Below are positions 1 to 10,314 of a DNA stretch of 64,000 nucleotides, in pieces (positions within the stretch are counted from its first letter, which is position 1; each line of letters opens with the position of its first letter). The DNA is from an uncultured Clostridia bacterium (GTDB lineage: Bacteria; Bacillota; Clostridia; Christensenellales; CAMQZB01). Position numbers and translations under genes: made by a program. Location: assembly GCA_947039455.1 (NCBI GenBank), contig CAMQZB010000008.1, positions 5,991-69,990 of the forward strand. The letters are read 5' to 3'. The notes below the pieces were generated by a model. It was given only the letters and a program-made list of their open reading frames with translations. It was not told where the DNA came from and made no database searches.

Positions 1-110
1 AAATTCAAGAAAAAGTGTAATTAAATAATAAAACATTTCAAAATTGTGATACGATTTGGGTGTGGACAATGTTATTTAAGTGTAATATAAATTTAAGGAG
101 ACAATTAAAA

Positions 111-620
111 ATGAAAAAAATTATAAGTGTATTATTGGTAATGGTATTAGCTCTAGGTGTATTCGCAGGTTGCGGAGCAAAAACTGAGTTAGAGGGAACA
201 ACAACAGAAATTTTAGAGAAAATCAACGAAGACGCAAAAGTTGAATTAATGGTTGAGACTAAAGATATTCCAACTGAACAAGCTGAATACTTCACAGGTT
301 TAACTGAAGAAGACTTTACAGCATCAATCGAATCTGGATCAGTTTCAGAGGCTATGATCGGCTCACAACCTCACTCAATGGTTATGTTGAAAGTAAAAGA
401 CGGCGTTGACGCTGAAGCAATTGCAAAAAATGTATTCGATAACATTGATACAAGAAAATGGATTTGTGTTTCTGCTGAATCACTTTATGTAAACACTTCT
501 GGTGATTATGTATTCATGGTAATGAGCTTTGTTGAAATAGTTGATTCTATCGCTCCAGCGTTCGAAACTCTTGCTGGATCAGTTGGAGATGCTCAAACTA
601 GAGTAGATACTGTAGAATAG
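111..620 (+). CDS. Lipoprotein (DUF4358-like) associated with the MBOAT O-acyltransferase locus
   Basis: SD AAGGAG then ATG at 111; signal peptide with lipobox FAGC; RKWICV motif; paralog at 3568. Confidence 0.7.
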   Translation: MKKIISVLLVMVLALGVFAGCGAKTELEGTTTEILEKINEDAKVELMVETKDIPTEQAEYFTGLTEEDFTASIESGSVSEAMIGSQPHSMVMLKVKDGVDAEAIAKNVFDNIDTRKWICVSAESLYVNTSGDYVFMVMSFVEIVDSIAPAFETLAGSVGDAQTRVDTVE

Positions 621-751
621 TAACAACAAAATTTAAAACAAATTATGTGTTTATAGTATTATTTGGAAAAGTTGCAAAGTCATTTAACTTCGAAAAAGGT
701 TCGATTTCCTTGCAATTAGACTAAGAATAATATACAATATAATTAAATTGA

Positions 752-784
752 TTAGGGTGGCTTAAATTTTAGGCTACCCTAATT
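752..784 (+). terminator. Stem-loop between lipoprotein and MBOAT genes
   Basis: ATTAGGGTGGCTTAA-ATT-TTAGGCTACCCTAAT; weak U tract. Confidence 0.45.
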
Positions 785-845
785 TAGAAAAAAGAATTTT
801 CGAAATATGTGAAAACTTGTAGAAAATTCAAAAAAGGAGGAAGAA

Positions 846-2252
846 ATGCTATTTTCAAGCATAACATTTTTATTTTACTTTCTTCCAGTAGTTATACTTC
901 TATACTTTGCAGTACCATTTAAAGCGAAAAACTTCGTATTATTTTTAGCAAGTATATTCTTCTATTTTTGGGGAGAGCCAGTCTATTCATTGCTAATGTT
1001 ATTCACAATAACATCAGGCTATGTACACGGACGCTTAATCGAAAAATACAGAGGAACTAAAGCAAGTAAAACATGGATGATTTCATCAGTAGTGATAAGT
1101 TTAGCACTGCTAGGCGTATTTAAGTACACGGACTTCTTCATTGAAACAATCAATGGCGTGGTTGGTTCTGACTTAGACCCACTTAGATTGGCGCTACCAA
1201 TCGGTATCAGTTTCTACACTTTCCAAACCTTGTCATACACAATTGACTTGTATCGTGGCAATGCGAAAGTGCAAAAAAGCTGGTTAAATTTTGCTACGTA
1301 TGTTTCATTGTTCCCGCAATTAATTGCAGGACCAATCGTAAGATATACAACAGTAGCGGATCAATTAACAGTACGTAAACACTCAATGGAGTTTGTTGCA
1401 CAAGGTTCTTCACGGTTCATAATCGGACTTGCGAAAAAAGTATTGATAGCAAACTTACTGGGCGAATTTATTGCTGCATTTAAAGATTCCGCTGATCAAT
1501 CAGTGTTATTCTTCTGGTTGTATGCAATAGCAATTTCCCTTCACATCTACTTTGACTTCTCAGGTTATAGTGATATGGCAATCGGACTTGGAAAGATCTT
1601 CGGATTTGACTTCCTTGAGAACTTCAACTATCCGTTTATCAGTAAGAACGTAACAGATTTCTGGCGTAGATGGCATATTTCATTGGGAACTTGGTTCAAA
1701 GATTACGTGTATATTCCACTAGGCGGAAACCGAGTAACAACAATGAGATGGATACTTAATATCGCGGTGGTTTGGTTCCTAACGGGATTCTGGCACGGAG
1801 CGGGTTGGACGTTTATCACATGGGGTTGCTACTTCGGTGTGTTATTAGTACTAGAGAAATTCTTTATTACTAAATTCTTGGCAAAATTGCCGAAATTCGT
1901 TTCGTACATTTACACAGTAATAATTATTATGATGAGTTTCATAATTTTCGATGCAACAACATTAAAAGGTGCATTGGGAACAATCGGAGGCTTATTCGGA
2001 GCAGGCGGAGTACCGTTAATTTCTCAATCAGCGATTTACTATCTAAAGAGTTATTCTTTGATATTCGTAATGGCGATTGTGGGTGCAACTCCAATTCCAA
2101 AATACTTGTACAACAAAATTAATCAAAGCGGAGAAACTGCTAAAAACATTATGAACATTGTTGAAATATTGTTTGTTGGTAGCTTGTTCATTCTTATAGT
2201 AGCATACTTGATTGACGGTTCTTTCAACCCATTCTTGTATTTCAGATTCTAA
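846..2252 (+). CDS. MBOAT family O-acyltransferase (AlgI/PatA/DltB-like)
   Basis: LPIGISFYTFQ, FPQLIAGPIVRY, DFSGYSDMAIG, FWRRWHISL, WHGA and FLYFRF motifs. Confidence 0.93.
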   Translation: MLFSSITFLFYFLPVVILLYFAVPFKAKNFVLFLASIFFYFWGEPVYSLLMLFTITSGYVHGRLIEKYRGTKASKTWMISSVVISLALLGVFKYTDFFIETINGVVGSDLDPLRLALPIGISFYTFQTLSYTIDLYRGNAKVQKSWLNFATYVSLFPQLIAGPIVRYTTVADQLTVRKHSMEFVAQGSSRFIIGLAKKVLIANLLGEFIAAFKDSADQSVLFFWLYAIAISLHIYFDFSGYSDMAIGLGKIFGFDFLENFNYPFISKNVTDFWRRWHISLGTWFKDYVYIPLGGNRVTTMRWILNIAVVWFLTGFWHGAGWTFITWGCYFGVLLVLEKFFITKFLAKLPKFVSYIYTVIIIMMSFIIFDATTLKGALGTIGGLFGAGGVPLISQSAIYYLKSYSLIFVMAIVGATPIPKYLYNKINQSGETAKNIMNIVEILFVGSLFILIVAYLIDGSFNPFLYFRF

Positions 2253-2269
2253 AATAGGAGGCGAAAGAT

Positions 2270-3409
2270 ATGAAAGATAAATATAAATATATTGTTATAG
2301 TAGTGATGTTTGCCACTATCTTAGGCGGTTTCTTTTTTGGAAACATACTAGCTGCAGATAAAGATATTTCATACGATGAAAGACGTCCTTTGGAGCAATT
2401 CCCTGACGTTAATATTGATGACATATTAAGTGTTGATTTCATGGAAGATTTCGATAAATACGCACTTGACCAATTTGTGTTCCGTGATGCTTGGAGAAGT
2501 ATCAAGGCATTTTGGTTGTATAACGTGTTTGGTCAATCTGACAACGGTGGAATTTATGTTGTTGATGGAAACGTTAGTAAGATTCAATATCCGTTGAAAG
2601 ACAGTTCAATTGTAAAGGGTGCTGAGAAATTCAATACTTTAATTGAAAAATATTTTCCAAACAACAACGTTTTCTATTCAGTAATCCCTGATAAAAATTA
2701 TTATATTGCTGAAGCTAACGGATATCTTGATTTGGATTATGATAAAATGATGAAACTTCTTCAAGAAGGCATGGGCGACAACGGAACGTATATTAACATT
2801 TTTGACAGTTTAGATGAAGATGATTATTATAATACCGATTTGCATTGGTCACAAGACAAGGTTTTAGAAGTTGCAAATACACTTGCGAAAGCTATGGGCG
2901 TTTATGACGAAATCAAAGATGTTGAATATGCAGAGAACGTTATTGAAGGGTTCAAAGGTGTTTACGGTGGGCAATATCCACTTCCACTAGATCCAGAAAG
3001 TTTAGTTTATCTAACATCTGAAGGAATGGATAATTGGGTGGTGAAGAAACTTGACGAGAAAAATCCGATAGTTGATGAAGCCCTAAACATGGAAACTACT
3101 ACAGTTTATGCAACGGATCGTTTCGAGGGCACGGATCCTTACGATGTATTCTTGCATGGCGCAAATCCAATAATCACTATTGAAAACGGAAATAATCCTG
3201 AGGGCAAGGAATTGTTCATATTCAGAGACAGTTTCTCAAGTTCATTATCTCCACTTCTTGTTGAAGGGTATTCAAAAGTAACTTTGATTGACCTTAGATA
3301 CATCACAGCGGATATCATGGGACAATATATTGACTTTGGCGAAAACAACGACGTTTTATTCCTATACGGCACTGCTGTTTTGAATAACACTTCACTATTA
3401 AAAGTATAA
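2270..3409 (+). CDS. DHHW-family / AlgJ-like extracellular O-acetyltransferase component
   Basis: N-terminal TM helix, TDLHW and RDSFS motifs, directly downstream of MBOAT. Confidence 0.8.
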   Translation: MKDKYKYIVIVVMFATILGGFFFGNILAADKDISYDERRPLEQFPDVNIDDILSVDFMEDFDKYALDQFVFRDAWRSIKAFWLYNVFGQSDNGGIYVVDGNVSKIQYPLKDSSIVKGAEKFNTLIEKYFPNNNVFYSVIPDKNYYIAEANGYLDLDYDKMMKLLQEGMGDNGTYINIFDSLDEDDYYNTDLHWSQDKVLEVANTLAKAMGVYDEIKDVEYAENVIEGFKGVYGGQYPLPLDPESLVYLTSEGMDNWVVKKLDEKNPIVDEALNMETTTVYATDRFEGTDPYDVFLHGANPIITIENGNNPEGKELFIFRDSFSSSLSPLLVEGYSKVTLIDLRYITADIMGQYIDFGENNDVLFLYGTAVLNNTSLLKV

Positions 3410-3438
3410 CAAATAAACAAATATACAAATATACAAAG

Positions 3439-3471
3439 AAACACTAGCTATTAAACGCTAGTGTTTTTTTT
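3439..3471 (+). terminator. Rho-independent terminator
   Basis: AACACTAGC...GCTAGTGTT followed by T run. Confidence 0.8.
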
Positions 3472-3567
3472 AATAAAACAATGTTTCTAAATACAATTTG
3501 CAAATATTGATACGATTGCGATTTTAGTATTGTTGTTTAGATATATACTAAAAATTGGAGAATTTAA

Positions 3568-4062
3568 ATGAAAAAAATTATAAGCATATTATTAGTAATG
3601 GTGCTAGCACTTGGAGTGTTTGCAGGATGTGGGGCAAGTACAAACCTTGAGGGTACTACTGAAGAAATCATCAACCAAATGAATGAAAAAATCGAAGCTA
3701 CAGAGAATGTAAGCACACCTATCACTGGTGAGAATGCAGAATACATGACTGGATTGACTGAAGAATTTTTTAAAGAAAGTATCGCATCAGGCACAGTTTC
3801 TGAGCCTCAAATGATGGGTACTCACTCATTGGTTATTTTGAAAGTAAATAGTGGCGTTAACCCTGAAGATGTAGCTGAAATAATGTTGGACAAGTTAGAT
3901 TTGAACAGATGGATTTGCATGGGCGCAGACGAACTTTACGTTTGCACGTCAGGTGACTATGTTATCAGTTTAATGAGCTCAACTGAAATGGTAGACTCAG
4001 CTGAAATTGCATTTAAAGAACTAGCTGGAAAAGTTGGAGACGCACAATTTAAAGTTGCGTAA
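3568..4062 (+). CDS. Lipoprotein paralog of 111..620
   Basis: Near-identical signal peptide MKKIISILLVMVLALGVFAGC; NRWICM and SGDYV motifs. Confidence 0.75.
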   Translation: MKKIISILLVMVLALGVFAGCGASTNLEGTTEEIINQMNEKIEATENVSTPITGENAEYMTGLTEEFFKESIASGTVSEPQMMGTHSLVILKVNSGVNPEDVAEIMLDKLDLNRWICMGADELYVCTSGDYVISLMSSTEMVDSAEIAFKELAGKVGDAQFKVA

Positions 4063-4081
4063 TATTTACATAAAAAAATAC

Positions 4082-4113
4082 AAAAAAGCATACCACGTGG
4101 TATGCTTTTTTTT
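4082..4113. terminator. Bidirectional terminator between convergent genes
   Basis: AAAAAGCATACCAC/GTGGTATGCTTTTT. Confidence 0.8.
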
Positions 4114-4222
4114 GTTATATAATTTTCTAAATACTTTCTAGAAATGAAAATTCTTGTTGAAATATATAGTTGCTAGCAATAGAAAAGTTATAATAATAAA
4201 TATAATAAATCAAAGTTTTAAT

Positions 4223-5758
4223 CTATTTATTTCCACCAATAGAATGACACAAATCCTCTAGTATGATTTCACTTTCTTCTTTATCAAGAGTTTCGCATTT
4301 AAAAAGTAAAATATCGTGAGGAAGAATTTTAGTTTCGGTATTAGGAACGATATTGTCTTGATCACGTAAGATGTTTTGCAGTTTTGTTTTTCTAGGCAAA
4401 ATCAAATCACGCACAATGTGGTTAGCGATGTATGAATGCTCGCAAACGGTTTTTGTGATGTACTCAATCTCGGACTCGTCATCTAAATTTATTTTTTCTT
4501 TTAATTGAAGAAGTAAAGTTTCGTAAAGAGGGTGTTCGTGAGTAATAATATTCACAAGCATACCTCCGAAAGTTGCAACGATTACAGGAAGTGCTGTCAT
4601 GAAGTTTCCAGTAAGTTCGATGCTAAGAATAATTGCGGTGATAGGTGCGCCTGCAACGTTTGCAAACATTACGCTCATACCTGCGATTACGAAGATAAAA
4701 ACGCTTAAATCACTTGGCATAATTGGATTAATAATACCAGCAAATAAGCCACCTGCGATTGAACCTATAGCAAGCATTGGAATGAAAATTCCGCCGATTA
4801 GATTACTTGATGAGGATAAAACAGTGAACAGTATTTTCACAAGAAGTAGCACTGCAAGAGTGTAAAGTGAAAATGCACCAGCGGTAACCCCGTTGATTGC
4901 GTTCGATCCTGTGCCTAATGCTTCTGGTAAAAAGAAAATCAATGGTATTACAAAGAAAAATGGAATAATCATTGCTAAGTCGTTTTTGACATTTTTCTCA
5001 AGGAATTTTTTTGATGTTAAGTATAACTTAATAAAAAATTTAGCCAAGAATCCAACTAGCATACCGAAAAACAGTATTATTAAGTAGCTTACGAAAGCTG
5101 TTGGAACTACTAAAACTTCGATAGGATATAACGGAACGTTTGGTTGTAGCAAATGAGAGAACATCAACGCAGTTATGATTGTGCAAGTTGTTGAACATAT
5201 CAAAAGAGGAGAGAAGTTTTTGTGTGCTTCTTCAAGGGCAAAAACTATACCTGCAAGAGGCATGTTTGATGCAGTTGCAAGTCCTGCACCCGCACCGCCT
5301 GTTACGAGATAACATTCAGTGTAAAACTTTTGGTGTGTTATTTTAGCCACCATAGAGCCAATAAGTCCACCCATAAAGATTGATGTACCCTCAGCGCCCA
5401 CAGAAATTCCGCATAGGATTGCAAGGAGAGAGCAAACGAAAATCATAGGAATTGTAGTGTACCAGTTAAAGTGAAACAATCCACGCATAATCCCTTCCGC
5501 ATGAGGCACGCCAGTTCCACGCACATCTTTGTTGTGGCTTGAAATGTATCTGATTAAAAAGGCAATTCCAATAAGAATAGATAGTAAAATTGGAATAAAC
5601 CATAGATTATTTTTTACAAAGCTTGAAACGTCATAGAATACGATTTCGGCTTTGTGAACTAATTTGTTGTACAATGTAATAAACAACCCAACGATAGCAC
5701 CGTTAAGGGTGGACAAAGTCAACAGCTTTAGTGGATAAAGTCGTTTGTGCTTTTTCAT
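4223..5758 (-). CDS. ClC family H+/Cl- exchange transporter with C-terminal TrkA-C domain
   Basis: GTGVP (GSGIP-like), GAEG and GGIFIP motifs; C-terminal IVPNTETKILPHDIL. Confidence 0.85.
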   Translation of the reverse strand: MKKHKRLYPLKLLTLSTLNGAIVGLFITLYNKLVHKAEIVFYDVSSFVKNNLWFIPILLSILIGIAFLIRYISSHNKDVRGTGVPHAEGIMRGLFHFNWYTTIPMIFVCSLLAILCGISVGAEGTSIFMGGLIGSMVAKITHQKFYTECYLVTGGAGAGLATASNMPLAGIVFALEEAHKNFSPLLICSTTCTIITALMFSHLLQPNVPLYPIEVLVVPTAFVSYLIILFFGMLVGFLAKFFIKLYLTSKKFLEKNVKNDLAMIIPFFFVIPLIFFLPEALGTGSNAINGVTAGAFSLYTLAVLLLVKILFTVLSSSSNLIGGIFIPMLAIGSIAGGLFAGIINPIMPSDLSVFIFVIAGMSVMFANVAGAPITAIILSIELTGNFMTALPVIVATFGGMLVNIITHEHPLYETLLLQLKEKINLDDESEIEYITKTVCEHSYIANHIVRDLILPRKTKLQNILRDQDNIVPNTETKILPHDILLFKCETLDKEESEIILEDLCHSIGGNK

Positions 5759-6008
5759 AATAATCCTCCGTATATATATGTTATATTATAACATATATAG
5801 TATAACATTAAAAGCTATTATATAAAGAAATAATATGAATTTAATTCATATTATATTAAGAAAGTATTATGATAATGTGAAATAACCATTAAATTTCCAA
5901 TAAAAACAACAATATGGGATAAAAATAGTTACAAAAATTGTGAAATATGATATAATCTAATGGTAATAATTATAAATAGGAGAAAATGGGTAATGGGAGA
6001 AAAAATTA

Positions 6009-6905
6009 ATGAGTAAAAAGGGTAAAGAAGTTAAGAAAATTAAAAGAAAATTTGGGGATAGAAAAGACGGTAGACTAATTAGAGATTTAGATGCGATGCA
6101 TATCGTGTTACCATATATTTATCCACGCAGATGCGACAACGAAGCTTTTATCACAGAACAAATTGATTTAACAAACATAAATAAATACTTAGAAGAAATA
6201 AATAAAGATGAAAAAGAGTTTAAATACACAATTTTTCATTTGATATCAGCAGCATTGGTGAAAATCGTTGCACAACGTCCACAACTAAACCGATTTGTTC
6301 AAAACGGAAGAACATATCAAAGAAACGAATTGTCTTTGGGGTTTGTAATTAAGAAACAGTTCAAAGACAGTGCCAGCGAAGGTCTTGCATTTATGCGTTT
6401 TGACGGTACTAATACGGTTAAAGACCTTCACGAAAGATTTAAAAAAGAAATAACATCAACAAGAAGTGGAAAAGAAGATGCCTCAACCGAAGGATTGAAA
6501 TTTGTTTCAAACCTACCGCGTTTTATCGTAAGATGGGCAACGCAATTTTTGAATTTCTTGGACAAGTATGGGAAAATGCCAAAGTCTCTTGCAGATGTTG
6601 ACATGAATTACGTAAGTGTATTTATCTCGAATCTCGGTTCAATAAAGCTAAATTCCGCTTATCACCATTTGACAAATCGTGGAACAAATTCACTGTTTGT
6701 AGTTATTGGTGCTAAAAAGAAAGTGCCTTTTTACGATGATGAAGGGAATGTGACTATGCGTGAGTGCTTAGATATTGGAATGACGGTTGATGAAAGAATA
6801 GCCGATGGTTATTATTTTTCTAAGTCAATTAGATTGTTGAATAAACTTTTAGCAGAACCAGAATTGCTGGAATTGCCAGCTTTGGAGGAAATAGATTATG
6901 AATAG
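6009..6905 (+). CDS. Stand-alone 2-oxoacid dehydrogenase E2 catalytic-domain (CAT-like) acyltransferase homolog
   Basis: ISNLGSI and TVDERIADG motifs; no lipoyl domain. Confidence 0.75.
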   Translation: MSKKGKEVKKIKRKFGDRKDGRLIRDLDAMHIVLPYIYPRRCDNEAFITEQIDLTNINKYLEEINKDEKEFKYTIFHLISAALVKIVAQRPQLNRFVQNGRTYQRNELSLGFVIKKQFKDSASEGLAFMRFDGTNTVKDLHERFKKEITSTRSGKEDASTEGLKFVSNLPRFIVRWATQFLNFLDKYGKMPKSLADVDMNYVSVFISNLGSIKLNSAYHHLTNRGTNSLFVVIGAKKKVPFYDDEGNVTMRECLDIGMTVDERIADGYYFSKSIRLLNKLLAEPELLELPALEEIDYE

Positions 6906-8610
6906 TACAGTAAAAACACCTTGGTATAGCTCTTATGGAGATGTAAAACCAAAATTAGAATATACAACTTTATCAATGTGCAACGAGTTTGCAAAAGTGG
7001 CGAAAGAAAATCCAACGTTAATCGCTTATGAATTTATGGGCAAATCAACAACTTATGCTAATGCAATTAAAGATGTGGAAAAATGCGCAAGATCATTGAA
7101 AGAAATTGGCGTAAAGAAAGGCGATAAAGTTACGGTTTGCTTGCCAAATTGTCCTCAAGCTATTTCTATGTTTTACGCAATCAACATGATTGGCGCTATT
7201 GGAAACATGATTCACCCATTGTCAGGCGAAGCTGAAATTGCATTCTACTTGAACGATTCAAAAAGTGTGTGCGCAATAACTCTTGATCAATTCTATTCAA
7301 AATTTGAATCAATTAGAGATAGCGTAAACCTGAAACATTTAATAATCAGCTCAGTGAAAGATGCGTTAAGTCCAATTATGAAAGTGGGATATGCTCTAAC
7401 TGAGGGAAAGAAAGTTCCTAAAATTCCACAAAATGCGGATATTATTTACTACAATGATTTCTTGAAAAAAGGCGTAAACTATAAAGGCGAAATCAAAGAA
7501 ACTGTACTAGCAAACGACCCAGCAGTGGTGCTTTACAGCGGGGGAACTACAGGCGTTAACAAAGGAATTTTGTTGAGTAACCTGAATTTCAATGCGCTTG
7601 GTGCACAGCTTGCGGAAATGAGTGGTTGTTTTGAAAAAGGACGTGTTATGCTTGCTGCAATGCCAATTTTCCACGGCTTCGGTCTTGGAGTTTCTATTCA
7701 CGCAATGCTTATTAACGGTGCAAAATGTTTATTAGTACCAAGATTTACACCAACATCTTATGCGAAAATTATTAAAAAAAGAAAACCAAACTTCATTTCA
7801 GGAGTACCAACTTTGTATGAAGCACTTCTTAGATCACCAATTCTTGACGGTGTTGATTTATCATCACTAGTAGGCGTTTTCTCTGGTGGAGATACACTTT
7901 CAATCGATTTAAAAAGAAGAATGGACAAGTTCCTAGCAGATCACAATGCAAAAGTAAGAGTTCGTGAAGGTTACGGAACTACTGAATGTGTTACTGCAAG
8001 TTGCTTAACACCTATCGAAAAAGAAAAAGAGGGTAGTATTGGAATCCCACTTCCTGATATGTATTACAAAATAGTAAAACATAATACCGAGGAAGAATTG
8101 CCATACGGTGAAGAGGGCGAAATCTGTATTGCAGGACCTACTGTTATGGTTGAATATATAAATCACAAAGAAGAAACTGAAGAAACAAGACGTACACATA
8201 GCGACGGAATGACGTGGATTCATACTGGTGATTTGGGGTATATGGATCAAGAAGGGTTTATTTACTTCCGTCAACGTATCAAAAGAATGATTGTAACAAG
8301 TGGCTATAATGTGTATCCAAGCAATATTGAAAACGTGCTTGATTCGCACAAAGATGTAAACATGAGTTGCGTAATCGGAGTGGACGATAGTTATAAAATG
8401 AAGAAAATCAAAGCATTCGTTATGTTGAATGAAGGCGTAAGTGCCACTGATGACGTGAAAAAAGAATTGCTTGCACATTGCAAAACAAACGTAGCAAAAT
8501 ATGCTATGCCATACGATATTGAGTTTAGAGAACAACTTCCAAAAACTCTAGTAGGCAAAGTCGCTTACCGTGTACTTGAGGAAGAAGAATCTGGCTTGAA
8601 ACAAGCGTAA
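6898..8610 (+). CDS. AMP-binding enzyme, long-chain acyl-CoA ligase family
   Basis: YSGGTTGVNKG, EGYGTTE, HTGDLG and LPKTLVGK motifs. Confidence 0.9.
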   Translation: MNSTVKTPWYSSYGDVKPKLEYTTLSMCNEFAKVAKENPTLIAYEFMGKSTTYANAIKDVEKCARSLKEIGVKKGDKVTVCLPNCPQAISMFYAINMIGAIGNMIHPLSGEAEIAFYLNDSKSVCAITLDQFYSKFESIRDSVNLKHLIISSVKDALSPIMKVGYALTEGKKVPKIPQNADIIYYNDFLKKGVNYKGEIKETVLANDPAVVLYSGGTTGVNKGILLSNLNFNALGAQLAEMSGCFEKGRVMLAAMPIFHGFGLGVSIHAMLINGAKCLLVPRFTPTSYAKIIKKRKPNFISGVPTLYEALLRSPILDGVDLSSLVGVFSGGDTLSIDLKRRMDKFLADHNAKVRVREGYGTTECVTASCLTPIEKEKEGSIGIPLPDMYYKIVKHNTEEELPYGEEGEICIAGPTVMVEYINHKEETEETRRTHSDGMTWIHTGDLGYMDQEGFIYFRQRIKRMIVTSGYNVYPSNIENVLDSHKDVNMSCVIGVDDSYKMKKIKAFVMLNEGVSATDDVKKELLAHCKTNVAKYAMPYDIEFREQLPKTLVGKVAYRVLEEEESGLKQA

Positions 8611-8847
8611 TCACAATCTAATAAGAAATTCTAAAGGAATATAGTTTATAATATCTGTTTGAATTATATTCCTTTTTTTATACTTTAAATTATTTCAAAA
8701 ATTTATAGATAATAGAAGTGGGCAAAATTTTTTTTATTATTTATGAAAAATTCCTTAAAATTTAAGGTAAAATGCTTTATTTCTTGTAAAAGTTATGTTA
8801 TACTGTTCTAAAGCTAGGATAAAAGAAAATTTAAAGGAGTGTGTTTA

Positions 8848-9300
8848 ATGGATAAAATTGATATTAAGATATTAAAATGTTTAGTAAAAAATGCACGTGC
8901 GAATGCTTCGGAAATTGCAGAGAAAGTTAATTTATCAGTTTCGGCAATTATTGAGCGAATCAAGAAATTAGAAAACAGCGGAACTATACAAGGTTATACC
9001 GCAAAAATAAATCCCCTTTCTGTGGGCAAAGAAATCACTGCTATGGTGTTTGTTTCAATTGATAGACCAAAGTATTATGATAAGTTCGTTGAAGAATGTT
9101 GTGCAAATCCAAGTGTTTTGGAGTGCTTTCTAATTACTGGCGAATACGATTACTTACTAAAAGTCATGACTAGCAACCTAAGGGAGCTTGAAAAGGTTCT
9201 TTCTGGATTGAAAAGCAATGACGGTGTGTCTAAAATCAAAACTGACATGGTGGTAGCTAAGCCAAAAGAAGAATTTAATGTATCACTTGATGATATTTAA
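8848..9300 (+). CDS. Lrp/AsnC family transcriptional regulator
   Basis: MDKIDIKIL...ERIKKLE..G.I.GY; ITGEYDYLLKV; SD AAGGAG before ATG 8848. Confidence 0.9.
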   Translation: MDKIDIKILKCLVKNARANASEIAEKVNLSVSAIIERIKKLENSGTIQGYTAKINPLSVGKEITAMVFVSIDRPKYYDKFVEECCANPSVLECFLITGEYDYLLKVMTSNLRELEKVLSGLKSNDGVSKIKTDMVVAKPKEEFNVSLDDI

Positions 9301-9438
9301 TAAAAAATAAGACCTTGATAGTTCAAACGAATTATCAAGGTCTTATTTACTTCAGCGAATATTTGCTGAAGTTTTTTTTTGTTTTTATAATGTAATGAAT
9401 GCAATTTTTTGCCATATATAATGTATATGCGAAAAATA

Positions 9439-10131
9439 TTATTCAGCAGAATAAAGTTTCTCTTTCAGTGCGTAGCCGTGAAGGGTTGTTAGTGCCACAA
9501 TTTCAGTTTTAGCTATATCGGGGTTTTTGTTTGTAATAGCTTCAATTAATTTGTCAAAATGCACTCTTGAATTCTCAAGTACTTCAGGTGTTAGTACGGC
9601 GGCAAAGGCAATTATAATGCTTTTAAAAGCGTTGAACACTAAAGAGTAAAATACGTTTCCAGTTGAGGTGAAAATTGTTCGGTGGAAATCGTATAATAAT
9701 TTTGAAACTACAGAACATTCAGTTTCCCCATAGATTTGTTCTTTCAGTGCATTTAAAGTGTCAATGTCTTGTTGAGTACGGTTCAGTGCCGCAAGATAGC
9801 CTGCGTTCCCCTCGTTCTTCAATCTAAAATCCATTAAAGATAAGAAAGAGCTTTCGGAAAGTTTTGATGGGTCGCAGTGAATAATAGAAAGCAAAGTTTC
9901 CAAATTTCCCTCTTTTGAATAGTCGTTGACAAAATTTCCTTTGCGACTAATCATTTTAACGAAACCCTTTTTCTCTAGCTCAGAAAGTCCAGCATTAACG
10001 CTTGTTCTACTTATATTTAGTTGTTTCGCAAGAACGCGTTCAGGAGGTAGTTTGTAGCCAAATTCTAGCTCTCCAGAAATTATTTTTGTCTCCATGTCTT
10101 TTACGAATTTTTCTTTTGTCATGTTTTTCAT
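9439..10131 (-). CDS. GntR/FadR family transcriptional regulator
   Basis: KLPPERVLAKQLNISRTSV wHTH plus FCD-like C-terminus. Confidence 0.88.
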   Translation of the reverse strand: MKNMTKEKFVKDMETKIISGELEFGYKLPPERVLAKQLNISRTSVNAGLSELEKKGFVKMISRKGNFVNDYSKEGNLETLLSIIHCDPSKLSESSFLSLMDFRLKNEGNAGYLAALNRTQQDIDTLNALKEQIYGETECSVVSKLLYDFHRTIFTSTGNVFYSLVFNAFKSIIIAFAAVLTPEVLENSRVHFDKLIEAITNKNPDIAKTEIVALTTLHGYALKEKLYSAE

Positions 10132-10314
10132 TTTAAATCCTATACTGTTTTATAAAATATTGTTTAGAATAAGTATAATATAATATAGTATTTTTAGCAA
10201 GTTTAATTGGATAATTAAATATAATTTTATTAATGTTTTTCGTGAATAAGCTCTTTACATTTCAGAAGTTATTTTGTACAATAGTAAAATAGAAAAAATG
10301 GAGGAACAAAAAAA

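Noticed and set aside
806-820. TATGTGAAAACTTGT upstream of MBOAT as another response-regulator box
   Set aside because: Single AT-rich match with no correctly placed promoter; may be chance
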